From Candidatus Pelethomonas sp. (GTDB lineage: Bacteria; Bacillota; Clostridia; Oscillospirales; Oscillospiraceae), in the NCBI GenBank assembly GCA_045658885.1, contig JAZOVU010000029.1, forward strand, positions 74,652 through 138,651: a stretch of 64,000 nt of DNA, in the 5' to 3' direction. The notes below the pieces were generated by a model that saw only the letters and a program-made list of their open reading frames with translations, was not told where the DNA came from and did not search any database. A program made the position numbers and the translations under genes. This document shows positions 21,071-30,027 of the stretch, one piece after another (positions within the stretch are counted from its first letter, which is position 1; each line of letters opens with the position of its first letter).

Positions 21071-22345
21071 ATGAGAATTATGGTGATTGGCGGTGGCGGC
21101 CGCGAACACGCCATTATCCAAAAAATCAAAGAAGATTCCCGTGCGGAGGTCATCTTCGCCCTGCCCGGCAACGGCGGTATTGCCGCCGATGCACAGTGTG
21201 TCGATATCAAAGCAACCGATATCGACGGCATAGTGGAGTTTGCGAAAAATAATGCGATTGACTTCGCCGTTGTCGCCCCCGATGACCCTCTCGTGCTCGG
21301 TGCGGTCGATGCCCTCAACGCAATCGGTGTCCCCTGCTTTGGCCCGAAAGCCAACGCCGCCATCATCGAGGGTAGTAAGGCATTCTCCAAGGACTTGATG
21401 AAGCGTCACGGGATTCCCACAGCACAGTATGAGATTTTCACCGAGCTGGACAAGGCTCTCGCCTATTTGGACACCGCACCGATTCCCACCGTTGTCAAGG
21501 CAGATGGTCTGGCACTGGGCAAGGGTGTTATCATCGCCCAGACCCGTGAGGAGGCCAAGAATGCCGTTTCTGAGATGATGGAGGGTGGTAAATTCGGCAA
21601 GAGTGGTACTACCGTCGTCATCGAGGAATTTCTCACTGGTCCTGAAATCTCTGTTCTCGCTTTCACCGACGGTAAAGTGGTGAAGCCGATGGTCTCCTCG
21701 ATGGACCATAAGCGCGCCTTTGACAACGATGAAGGTTTGAACACTGGCGGTATGGGTACCATTGCCCCCAACCCCTACTACACCACAGAGGTGGCAGACC
21801 GCTGTATGCAGGAGATTTTCCTGCCCACCATCCATGCCATGCGCGAGGAGGGTCGTCCGTTCACTGGCTGTCTGTACTTCGGACTGATGCTGACCGCCGA
21901 TGGTCCCAAGGTCATTGAGTACAACTGTCGCTTTGGCGACCCCGAAACGCAGGTCGTTCTCCCCCTGTTGGAGAGCAGTCTGTTGGAGATTATGCTCGCC
22001 ACCGCCAGCGGCACACTGGCGGAAACAGAGGTTAAATTCTCTGATAAATCCGCCGCCTGCGTCATTCTGGCGAGCCGTGGCTATCCCGAGAGCTACGAAA
22101 AAGGGTTCCCCATTACCCTGCCTGCTACCGCGGAGAATGAGCGCATTTACATCGCTGGTGCGACACAGAAAGACGGTGTCCTCGTCACCAGTGGTGGTCG
22201 TGTTCTCGGTGCAACGGCGGTTGCGCCTACGCTCGAATCCGCTATTGCCTGTTCCTACAATCTTGCTAATCGTATTCACTTCGATAACGCCTTCTGCCGC
22301 CGTGACATTGGTCAGCGCGCTCTGAAGGCTTTGGGAGGTCATTAA
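21071..22345 (+). CDS. purD: phosphoribosylamine-glycine ligase
   Basis: MRIMVIGGGGREHAI, an ATP-grasp region, and a GGRVL C-terminal motif. Confidence 0.95.
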   Translation: MRIMVIGGGGREHAIIQKIKEDSRAEVIFALPGNGGIAADAQCVDIKATDIDGIVEFAKNNAIDFAVVAPDDPLVLGAVDALNAIGVPCFGPKANAAIIEGSKAFSKDLMKRHGIPTAQYEIFTELDKALAYLDTAPIPTVVKADGLALGKGVIIAQTREEAKNAVSEMMEGGKFGKSGTTVVIEEFLTGPEISVLAFTDGKVVKPMVSSMDHKRAFDNDEGLNTGGMGTIAPNPYYTTEVADRCMQEIFLPTIHAMREEGRPFTGCLYFGLMLTADGPKVIEYNCRFGDPETQVVLPLLESSLLEIMLATASGTLAETEVKFSDKSAACVILASRGYPESYEKGFPITLPATAENERIYIAGATQKDGVLVTSGGRVLGATAVAPTLESAIACSYNLANRIHFDNAFCRRDIGQRALKALGGH

Positions 22346-22348
22346 CCA

Positions 22349-25300
22349 ATGGTTTATCGTATTTTTGTTGAAAAGCGTCCTGGTCTCTCCCCCGAGAGCG
22401 AAAATTTACTGCATGACCTGCGCTCCTTCCTCGGCATCAACGCCCTGGAAGGTGTCCGTATTCTGAATCGCTACGATGTGGAAAACATCGCCCCCGAGGT
22501 CTATGCCGCCGCTAAGAATACCGTGTTCTCCGAGCCACAGGTCGATGTGACCTATGACGAAACTTTCCCCGAGCCCCGCACTTTCCACACCACTTTGGCT
22601 GTGGAAGCACTGCCTGGTCAGTTTGACCAGAGAAGCGACTCCTGCGCCCAGTGTATTCAGCTGATGGCTGGTGTGGAGCGTCCTCTGGTTCGTAACGCCA
22701 AGGTCTACATCCTCGAAGGTAAGTTCACCAATGAAGAACTGGAGAAGATGCGTGGCTATCTGATTAACCCTGTCGAGTGCCGTGAGGCCAGCTTGGAGAA
22801 ACCCGAAACTCTCGCACAGGAGCACGCCGTTCCCCCTATGGTCGAAATCCTGACGGGCTTTACGACGATGGACGAGAGTGCATTGCAGAATTTCTTGGAT
22901 GAGCGCGGTCTGGCAATGGACCTCGACGACCTCAAGTTCCTGCAGACCTATTTCCGTGACGACGAGAAGCGTGACCCCACCATCACCGAGGTTCGTCTGG
23001 TCGATACCTACTGGTCCGACCACTGCCGTCACACTACTTTCTCCACCCATCTGACCGATATCGACATCACCGACGAGGCAGTGAAGGAAGCCTATGCGCG
23101 TTACCTCGCCGCCCGTGTCGAGGTGTACGGTGAGGAGAAGGCCGCTGTGCGTCCCCAAACCCTCATGGACATCGCTACCATCGGCACCAAGACGCTGAAG
23201 AAGCGTAATATGCTGCCCGAGCTGGACGAGAGCGAAGAAATCAACGCCTGTTCCATCCATGTTCCTGCCACCGTTGACGGACAGGAGCAGGATTGGTTGC
23301 TGATGTTCAAGAACGAAACCCACAACCACCCCACCGAGATTGAGCCGTTCGGCGGTGCCGCTACCTGTATCGGCGGTTGCATCCGTGACCCCCTGAGTGG
23401 TCGTGTCTATGTCCACCAAGCAATGCGTGTCACTGGCGGTGGCGACCCCCGTGTTTCCTTTGCCGACACCACCCCTGGCAAGTTGCCCCAGCGTAAGTTG
23501 GCTACGACCGCCGCCGCAGGTTACAGCTCCTACGGCAACCAAATCGGTCTGGCGACTGGCCATGTCGCTGAAGTGTACCACGACGGCTACATCGCCAAGC
23601 GTCTGGAGTGCGGTGCCGTTGTGGGTGCAGCTCCTGCCGACCATGTCCGCCGTGAAGTCCCTGCCCCCGGTGATGTTGTCATCCTGCTGGGTGGCCGTAC
23701 TGGTCGCGACGGTATCGGCGGTGCAACTGGCTCCTCCAAGAGCCACAATATGAAGTCCCTCACCACGATGGCCTCCGAGGTCCAGAAGGGCAATGCCCCC
23801 GAGGAGCGCAAGATTCAGCGTCTGTTCCGCAACGGCGATGTGACGCGCCTGATTAAGCGTTGCAACGACTTCGGTGCAGGCGGTGTTTCCGTCGCTATCG
23901 GTGAGTTGGCGGATGGTCTGACCATCGAATTGGATGCCGTTCGTAAGAAGTACGACGGTCTGGACGGCACCGAGCTGGCTATCTCCGAGAGTCAGGAGCG
24001 TATGGCAGTGGTCGTTGCCGCCGAGGATGTCGATGCGTTCATCGCCGCCGCCGAGAAAGAGAACCTCGAAGCCTACCGTGTCGCTACCGTCACCGAGGAG
24101 AAGCGCATGGTGATGCACTGGCGCGGTGAGAAAATCGCTGATTTGAGCCGTGACTTCCTGAATACCAACGGTGCCGCCAAGCGTGCCGCCGTTTCCGTTG
24201 CGAAGATTGACCGCACCGCTGTCAACGCTCCCCTGTTCACCTCCCTCAAGGAGATGGCAGGTAGCCTGAAAACCGCCAGCCGCCGTGGTCTGACTGAGCG
24301 TTTTGACGGTTCTATCGGTACGGGTAGCGTTCTGATGCCGTTTGGCGGTCAGACCCAACGCACCCCTGCACAGGCAATGGCCGCCCTGTTCCCTGTCGAA
24401 CCTGGCCAGACCACCGACCAGGCCAGCGTGATGGCATGGGGCTTCGACCCAGACTATATGTCCATCGACCCCTATTTTGGTGCAAAGGATTCTGTCTACG
24501 CCTCTATGGCAAAGTTGGTTGCCGCTGGTGCAGACTACAAGAATGCCTATCTCACTTTGCAGGAGTTCTTTGAGAAGCTCCGTCAGGAGCCCCACCGCTG
24601 GGGCAAGCCGTTTGCCGCACTGCTCGGTGCGCTGGACGCACAGATGGAACTGGGTGCCGCCGCCATCGGTGGTAAGGACTCCATGAGTGGTTCTTTCATG
24701 GATTTGGATGTTCCCCCCACACTGATTTCCTTTGCGATTGCCCCCATCAAGGCCGACCAGGTTCTCTCCCCTGAGTTCAAGGAAGCTGGTCATCCTGTCT
24801 ATGTCTTTGGCAAAGATGAAAAGGGCGTAAAGGAAGCTTGGGAAGTATTCCATGCTCTGCATACCGAAGGCAAGGTCAAGGCTGCATGGGCTGTCGAAAA
24901 TGGTCTTGCTGAGGCAGTCATGAAGATGAGCTTCGGTAACAACATCGGTTTCTGTGTAACTACTCCTGCAGACTCCCTGTGGTACACTCCCCTCTGCGGT
25001 ACTATCGTCGCAGAGCTGACCGAGGATGTCGCAGTGTCTGGTGCTACCAAGATTGGTGTCACCACCGCCGAGCCTGTTATCGACCTGCTGACCGACAAGG
25101 CCACCATTGCCGAACTGCTGGATATCAATGACGGTGTTCTGGAGGGTGTCTACTCCACCAAGGCCAAGGCCGAGAGCAAGCTGGAGAAGTTCAGCTACAC
25201 CGTAGGTTGCACCGCCGCCCCTGTTATCAAGTCCGCCAAGCCTAAGGCTTTGATTCCTGTGTTCCCCGGTACCAACTGCGAATACGACACCGCACGCGCC

Positions 25301-26035
25301 GTTATCGCCGCAGGTGGTGAGGCAGAGATTATGGTTATCCGCAATCTGACTGCCGACCAGGTCGCAGAGAGTGCCGAGCGTTTCGCCAAAGCGATTGCCA
25401 CCAGCCAGATGATTGTCATTCCCGGCGGTTTCTCTGGCGGTGACGAGCCCGATGGCTCTGGTAAGTTCATCACCAGCTTCCTGCGTAACGGTGCTGTCCG
25501 TGAGGAAGTCACCAAGTTGCTCGATGAGCGCGGTGGTCTGATGGCTGGTATCTGCAACGGCTTCCAAGCCTTGATTAAGCTGGGTCTGGTTCCCTACGGC
25601 AAGATTATCGACACCGACGAAAACTGCCCCACGCTGACCTACAACACCATCGGTCGTCACCAGAGCAGTATTGTTCGCACCCGTGTGTGTAGCAATAAGT
25701 CCCCGTGGCTGGCTGAAACCGAGGTGGGCAACATCTACTCCGTGCCTATCTCCCACGGTGAGGGTCGCTTCATCGCACCCGAGGCACTGATTGCCCAGCT
25801 CGCAGAGAATGGACAGATTGCAACGCAGTATGTCGACTTCAACGGCGAGCCTACGATGGATACTGCCTTCAACCCCAACGGCTCCCTGTACGCTATCGAG
25901 GGTATCACCTCCCCCGATGGTCGTGTCTTTGGTAAGATGGGTCACAGTGAGCGTATCGGCGCAAACCTGTATCGCAACATCCCCGGCAACTTCGATATCG
26001 GTATGTTCCGCAGTGCTGTGAAGTTCTTCCAGTAA
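22349..26035 (+). CDS. purL: phosphoribosylformylglycinamidine synthase, single-chain large form
   Basis: 1228 aa. It has an FGAM synthetase core (HNHPT, GGRTGRDGIGGAT) and a C-terminal class-I glutamine amidotransferase domain (GICNGFQ...HGEG). Confidence 0.95.
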   Translation: MVYRIFVEKRPGLSPESENLLHDLRSFLGINALEGVRILNRYDVENIAPEVYAAAKNTVFSEPQVDVTYDETFPEPRTFHTTLAVEALPGQFDQRSDSCAQCIQLMAGVERPLVRNAKVYILEGKFTNEELEKMRGYLINPVECREASLEKPETLAQEHAVPPMVEILTGFTTMDESALQNFLDERGLAMDLDDLKFLQTYFRDDEKRDPTITEVRLVDTYWSDHCRHTTFSTHLTDIDITDEAVKEAYARYLAARVEVYGEEKAAVRPQTLMDIATIGTKTLKKRNMLPELDESEEINACSIHVPATVDGQEQDWLLMFKNETHNHPTEIEPFGGAATCIGGCIRDPLSGRVYVHQAMRVTGGGDPRVSFADTTPGKLPQRKLATTAAAGYSSYGNQIGLATGHVAEVYHDGYIAKRLECGAVVGAAPADHVRREVPAPGDVVILLGGRTGRDGIGGATGSSKSHNMKSLTTMASEVQKGNAPEERKIQRLFRNGDVTRLIKRCNDFGAGGVSVAIGELADGLTIELDAVRKKYDGLDGTELAISESQERMAVVVAAEDVDAFIAAAEKENLEAYRVATVTEEKRMVMHWRGEKIADLSRDFLNTNGAAKRAAVSVAKIDRTAVNAPLFTSLKEMAGSLKTASRRGLTERFDGSIGTGSVLMPFGGQTQRTPAQAMAALFPVEPGQTTDQASVMAWGFDPDYMSIDPYFGAKDSVYASMAKLVAAGADYKNAYLTLQEFFEKLRQEPHRWGKPFAALLGALDAQMELGAAAIGGKDSMSGSFMDLDVPPTLISFAIAPIKADQVLSPEFKEAGHPVYVFGKDEKGVKEAWEVFHALHTEGKVKAAWAVENGLAEAVMKMSFGNNIGFCVTTPADSLWYTPLCGTIVAELTEDVAVSGATKIGVTTAEPVIDLLTDKATIAELLDINDGVLEGVYSTKAKAESKLEKFSYTVGCTAAPVIKSAKPKALIPVFPGTNCEYDTARAVIAAGGEAEIMVIRNLTADQVAESAERFAKAIATSQMIVIPGGFSGGDEPDGSGKFITSFLRNGAVREEVTKLLDERGGLMAGICNGFQALIKLGLVPYGKIIDTDENCPTLTYNTIGRHQSSIVRTRVCSNKSPWLAETEVGNIYSVPISHGEGRFIAPEALIAQLAENGQIATQYVDFNGEPTMDTAFNPNGSLYAIEGITSPDGRVFGKMGHSERIGANLYRNIPGNFDIGMFRSAVKFFQ

Positions 26036-26050
26036 ATAAGAAGATAATAA

Positions 26051-26090
26051 AAGCGAGAGTGTTACGCATGGTAGCACTCTCGTTTCTCTC
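26051..26090. terminator. hairpin terminator shared by the convergent purL and kinase genes
   Basis: CGAGAGTG-13 nt-CACTCTCG is followed by TTTCTCTC. Confidence 0.45.
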
Positions 26091-26092
26091 TA

Positions 26093-27124
26093 TCACAACA
26101 CTATTTGGATTTCCTCTGTCTGGTACAAAATTTTCTGCACCAACGCTTCGATAAGCTGTACACATTTGTCCCGATGGGATTCCTCTCCCAACCATTTCAC
26201 CATCAGGCATACATCGGGATATTGGAACAAATCCACAATTCCCTTGTAATACGGAAAGGCGTAGCGTTCCACCGCATTCATGGTGTAGTGCCGAAAAATC
26301 ACGGAAAGAAGTTCTTCCTGTTCCCTATCCATCTTTTCCAGTATCTCCGCCACCGATAGACGCGCAAATTCTTCCTCCCACGGAAACCAGTTCGTTTCGT
26401 TCAAAAATACATTGATGTTTACATCCGTCCCACTGCAATTAAAATCAATCAGACCAACAAAGTGATTCTGGTCGTGCAGTAGATTGGAGGTATTCAAATC
26501 CCCTTGGAATACACAGCGCGGTAGTGCATCGAAAACTGTCATAATCCTCTCGCGCAGTCTGTCATTCAGTTGTTCCACTTGTTGTCCCAACTGTGCATAG
26601 CCGTGTTCATGGAGTGCCTTCACCAGTACATTGGCATTTTCCTGCTTTTCATCCACATTGGTATCCAACGGTGCGAGGTCTATGATACTCCACATACAGC
26701 GTGTATCGGAGAGGTCTGTGTTGGAATATCTGGAAGCCAAAACGCCCAAATGCTCTACCACCTCTCGTCGGTCAAGATTCTCTGCGTCACACAGCGGATA
26801 TTTTGCAAACTCTTCGACAAAACAGGTGTAGTCCCTGCCCTCCTTTTTCCAACTGCACGACAATGCGCCCGTTTCAGTCGGAAGTAACGCAGGACAATAC
26901 ACACCAATCGCACGATAGCGGTCGAGTAGGCGATTGATTTCTTGCAGTCTACTCTCCCACATGGCACAGACGGAACAGATTTTCAAAACATAGCGGTCAT
27001 CCAAAATGTAGTGGAATCGTTCATCCTCTGCGCCGTGCGAGGTATCATACCACTTGGTGACTTTCTGAAAGGTCAAACCAAAATAGTGTAATATATCTAA
27101 CAGTTCTCTGGTATCGAATTTCAT
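26093..27124 (-). CDS. APH/CotS-like phosphotransferase (eukaryotic-like kinase fold)
   Basis: YVLKI (beta3 Lys), catalytic loop QGDLNTSNLL (D-x4-N), and IDFN (DFG equivalent). The start overlaps the upstream XRE gene stop as ATGA. Confidence 0.72.
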   Translation of the reverse strand: MKFDTRELLDILHYFGLTFQKVTKWYDTSHGAEDERFHYILDDRYVLKICSVCAMWESRLQEINRLLDRYRAIGVYCPALLPTETGALSCSWKKEGRDYTCFVEEFAKYPLCDAENLDRREVVEHLGVLASRYSNTDLSDTRCMWSIIDLAPLDTNVDEKQENANVLVKALHEHGYAQLGQQVEQLNDRLRERIMTVFDALPRCVFQGDLNTSNLLHDQNHFVGLIDFNCSGTDVNINVFLNETNWFPWEEEFARLSVAEILEKMDREQEELLSVIFRHYTMNAVERYAFPYYKGIVDLFQYPDVCLMVKWLGEESHRDKCVQLIEALVQKILYQTEEIQIVL

Positions 27125-27915
27125 AATTTTTCGAGCATCTCCTTATCATAACAGTAGAAGTTACTGGTTTCAAAAATTTCTCCTTCTTCCCGTTGGAACA
27201 CCTCCAAAATTCCCTTGGCAATCCGTGCATATTTGTCGGCTTCGGTATTCTCGCCCTTTTCGCGCAGGCGGTCACGCATGATGCACAACATATCCACGGT
27301 TTCATCCAGGGATAACCCCATCTGTTTTCGTGCCGCGTCCAACGATTTATCTCCCTCCAACAGAAAGGCCATCTGTTGCAACTTGGTGAAGTAAATCTCT
27401 GGGATTTGTTCCAGTGTCGGTTCTACCAATGCCTGCTGTCCTGTCTGATGGTAGGTGTCCGCCAAAATACGCAACGCATCGTACTTTACCTCGTCATCAC
27501 GCGTCCCCTCGATGAGCGTTTTGCAGATGGTGATAATCTCCTCGCTTCGCTCCGCTGGCTCCAACACACAGAGAATATTGTTAAGAATGATATCATTGCC
27601 AGGATACTGCTTCAGACCCTCGCGGAGAATCGCCTCCGATTTTGCGGGATTACTGAAGCGGAACACATACGCGGCATTACAGATTTCAAATACTCTGCGC
27701 TCCATCTCCAACCGATTGTAGTCAAACAAATCATCGGTTGCAATATCAAAAAACGACGCGATAGCAGGGATAAGGGTAATATCTGGCATCGCCGTTTCAT
27801 TTTCCCATTTGCTGACCGCCTGAAAGCTGACACCTAAAAATTGTGCCAACACCTCCTGCGAGATATTGCGCGCCTTTCTTAATTCACGAATTTTCCGTCC
27901 CAATTGCATCCCCAT
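27121..27915 (-). CDS. XRE-family HTH regulator with a helical-repeat (TPR-like) C-terminal domain
   Basis: LGRKIRELRKARNISQEVLAQFLGVSFQAVSKWENE is a Cro/C1 HTH. About 190 aa of helical repeats follow it. AAAGGAGG RBS precedes the ATG at 27915. Confidence 0.8.
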   Translation of the reverse strand: MGMQLGRKIRELRKARNISQEVLAQFLGVSFQAVSKWENETAMPDITLIPAIASFFDIATDDLFDYNRLEMERRVFEICNAAYVFRFSNPAKSEAILREGLKQYPGNDIILNNILCVLEPAERSEEIITICKTLIEGTRDDEVKYDALRILADTYHQTGQQALVEPTLEQIPEIYFTKLQQMAFLLEGDKSLDAARKQMGLSLDETVDMLCIMRDRLREKGENTEADKYARIAKGILEVFQREEGEIFETSNFYCYDKEMLEKL

Positions 27916-28206
27916 AGTTCGTCCTCCTTTTGGTGCATGACTGCATGACACTATGGTATCATGGTATTCCTCGAAAGCAAATAACGCATTGGTTGAGAAA
28001 ACTTCTACCATCGGTAGAAAGCGAACATATACTGGCAACCTCGTCTTTTTCTATCTTTCTGTGCATAGCATATACCAACCAATCCCACGAGGAGGAATGT
28101 GTATGCCGAAACAGGATATCACGGTTGTCTGCGTATATGGAAAACAGGACAGCGCACAAGCCCTTATCAAACAGTCATTTTTATGCTATTTGCACCGCTT
28201 GCTCAG

Positions 28207-29556
28207 ATGCAACAGACCATAAGTGCGGCACTGTACATCCGATTATCCAAGGAAGATGCGTATGACGGACCCTCGCAGAGTGTCACCAACCAGCGCACCA
28301 TGTTGGAACGCTACACCCACGACAACCATATTCCGGTCTATGACACCTATATTGACGACGGATTTTCTGGCTGTCACTTCGACCGCCCCCAGTTTCAACG
28401 GCTCTTAACCGACATCGAATCTGGCAAGGTCAACATGGTGATTACGAAGGACCTCAGCCGACTGGGGCGCGACTATATCCTCACGGGGCACTATATCGAA
28501 CGGTATTTTCCCGAGCATGGGGTGCGCTATATATCGCTGTTGGATGGCATCGATACCCAGAGCAACTCCCCTGCCAACGACTTCACCCCATTTCGCGCCC
28601 TGCTGAACGATATGTACGCGAAAGATATCTCCCGAAAAATCACCAGTGTCAAGCGCGAGAAACAGCGACGCGGACAGTTTATTGGGGGAAAGCCAGTATA
28701 TGGCTACCAAATGCACCCCACCGAGAAAAACTGCATCGTTATTGATGAAGTAGCCGCTACGACCGTGCGCCAGATTTTCTCGATGGCATTGGCTGGGATA
28801 AGCTGTCGTCAGATTGCCAAGACACTGACAGAGAACGGCATACCATCGCCAGCGGTGTACGCAGGGCAAGCAACGGTTGGGCAGTGGCGTGGGGAGCGTA
28901 TCAGCGAGATGTTACAAAACGAAACCTACCTCGGCAATATGGTACAGGGGCGCAGGGTGAAGATAAGCTATAAGTCGAAGAAAAGTCTGCGCCAGAAACG
29001 GGAGAATTGGGTCGTGGTGGCACAGACGCACGAGGCCATTATTGACCGCCCCACCTTTGATGCCGTACAGCGTCTATTGCACAGTCGCAGACACACACGC
29101 CACAGAACCTATGATTTTCCCCTGAAAGGGTTGGTGTTCTGCCACGAGTGTGGACATCCCCTTGGGGTCATCAATCGTCGGACACGCACGGGAAAGGATA
29201 CCCTCTACTTCGTCTGTCGTACCTATCAACGGGGAATAAAGTCCCATCCATGTACCGCCCACTGTGTAAAGGTGGATACGATTACAGCCGTTGTTACAGA
29301 GAAGTTAGCGGAAGTATGCCATGCAGAACTCTCCCTTGCCCATCTTCTCCCGATAGCAAAGGACGCTCTCTCCACCTTACCGCAACCAATGACCGAACCG
29401 CAAAACTTAGATGCCGAAGCTACCGCTATGACCGAGCAGTTTCTTTCGACCCTCTCCCAGAATCGGGAATTTCTCTCGCAGATGTTTGAGAAAATCGCGC
29501 TGACCGCCGACAAGCAAGTGATTCTGTACTGTCGCTTCCAAGACAACACTTTATAA
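28207..29556 (+). CDS. large serine recombinase (resolvase catalytic domain, recombinase domain, zinc-ribbon)
   Basis: AALYIRLSKED...SVTNQ, MVITKDLSRLGRD, and a CHECGHP...CRTY...C Zn-ribbon. Start chosen at MQQTIS. Confidence 0.88.
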   Translation: MQQTISAALYIRLSKEDAYDGPSQSVTNQRTMLERYTHDNHIPVYDTYIDDGFSGCHFDRPQFQRLLTDIESGKVNMVITKDLSRLGRDYILTGHYIERYFPEHGVRYISLLDGIDTQSNSPANDFTPFRALLNDMYAKDISRKITSVKREKQRRGQFIGGKPVYGYQMHPTEKNCIVIDEVAATTVRQIFSMALAGISCRQIAKTLTENGIPSPAVYAGQATVGQWRGERISEMLQNETYLGNMVQGRRVKISYKSKKSLRQKRENWVVVAQTHEAIIDRPTFDAVQRLLHSRRHTRHRTYDFPLKGLVFCHECGHPLGVINRRTRTGKDTLYFVCRTYQRGIKSHPCTAHCVKVDTITAVVTEKLAEVCHAELSLAHLLPIAKDALSTLPQPMTEPQNLDAEATAMTEQFLSTLSQNREFLSQMFEKIALTADKQVILYCRFQDNTL

Positions 29557-29585
29557 AACTTTATAAAAATGTTTTGGGTATGTGG

Positions 29586-29614
29586 TTGAAATATCCGACG
29601 GATTATGATAAAAT
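29586..29614 (+). promoter_or_regulatory. candidate sigmaA promoter for trxA
   Basis: TTGAAA, a 17-nt spacer ending in TGA, then TAAAAT. Confidence 0.45.
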
Positions 29615-29668
29615 TCCTGTAGAAAGGGTATACTACCGTGGTATATCCACGAAAACAGGAGGTCAAAT

Positions 29669-29974
29669 ATGAGCATTACAACTGTTACCGTTGAGAATTT
29701 CGAGCAGGAAGTGACTGCGTGCGAAAAGACCGTTTTGGTTGATTTCTGGGCTCCCTGGTGTGGTCCCTGCTGCAACCTCGCCCCCGTGATTGACGAGATT
29801 GCCGCCGAGCGTACCGATATCAAGGTTGGCAAAATCAACATCGACGACAACAAGGACCTTGCCCGTCAGTTCAAGGTCATGGCTATCCCCACCATTCTGG
29901 TTTTCAAGAACGGCGAGGAAGTCGCTCGTAGCGTCGGTCCCGACACCAAGGAAGAAATTCTGGAACTGCTGTAA
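29669..29974 (+). CDS. trxA: thioredoxin
   Basis: WAPWCGPC active site, 101 aa, AGGAGG RBS. Confidence 0.95.
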   Translation: MSITTVTVENFEQEVTACEKTVLVDFWAPWCGPCCNLAPVIDEIAAERTDIKVGKINIDDNKDLARQFKVMAIPTILVFKNGEEVARSVGPDTKEEILELL

Positions 29975-29987
29975 CCGAACCAACAAC

Positions 29988-30027
29988 GAGAAATCCGTGA
30001 GTTTGTACGACTCACGGATTTTTTTCA
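29988..30027. terminator. bidirectional terminator between trxA and radA
   Basis: AAATCCGTGAG-9 nt-CTCACGGATTT followed by TTTTT. Confidence 0.65.

Noticed and set aside
22406-26077. Very long antisense ORFs opposite real genes. Examples: 1223 aa opposite purL, 485 aa at 720-2177 opposite gdhA, 676 aa at 18954-20984, 449 aa at 20993-22342, 302 aa at 17230-18138, 409 aa at 37002-38231, 329 aa at 35424-36413, 519 aa at 54240-55799, 281 aa at 56818-57663.
   Set aside because: Each lies exactly opposite a gene with strong family motifs. Their translations are low-complexity (G/V/L/T/A-rich) with no motifs or RBS. This is the expected shadow-ORF pattern in GC-biased coding DNA.
27121-27915. The XRE-HTH/TPR protein as an RRNPP-type (AimR/Rap/PlcR-like) peptide quorum sensor.
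   Set aside because: No short secreted-peptide ORF follows it. The downstream coupled gene is a 343-aa kinase-fold protein. The helical-repeat region is too short to judge by eye.
28207-29556. The idea that the serine recombinase at 28.2 kb is the integrase of the element inserted in cotJC.
   Set aside because: It lies about 12 kb from the junction and is separated from it by core genes (trxA, radA, cwlD) and the CRISPR-Cas locus. Integrases normally lie inside their element. Action in trans cannot be excluded, but nothing in the sequence supports it.
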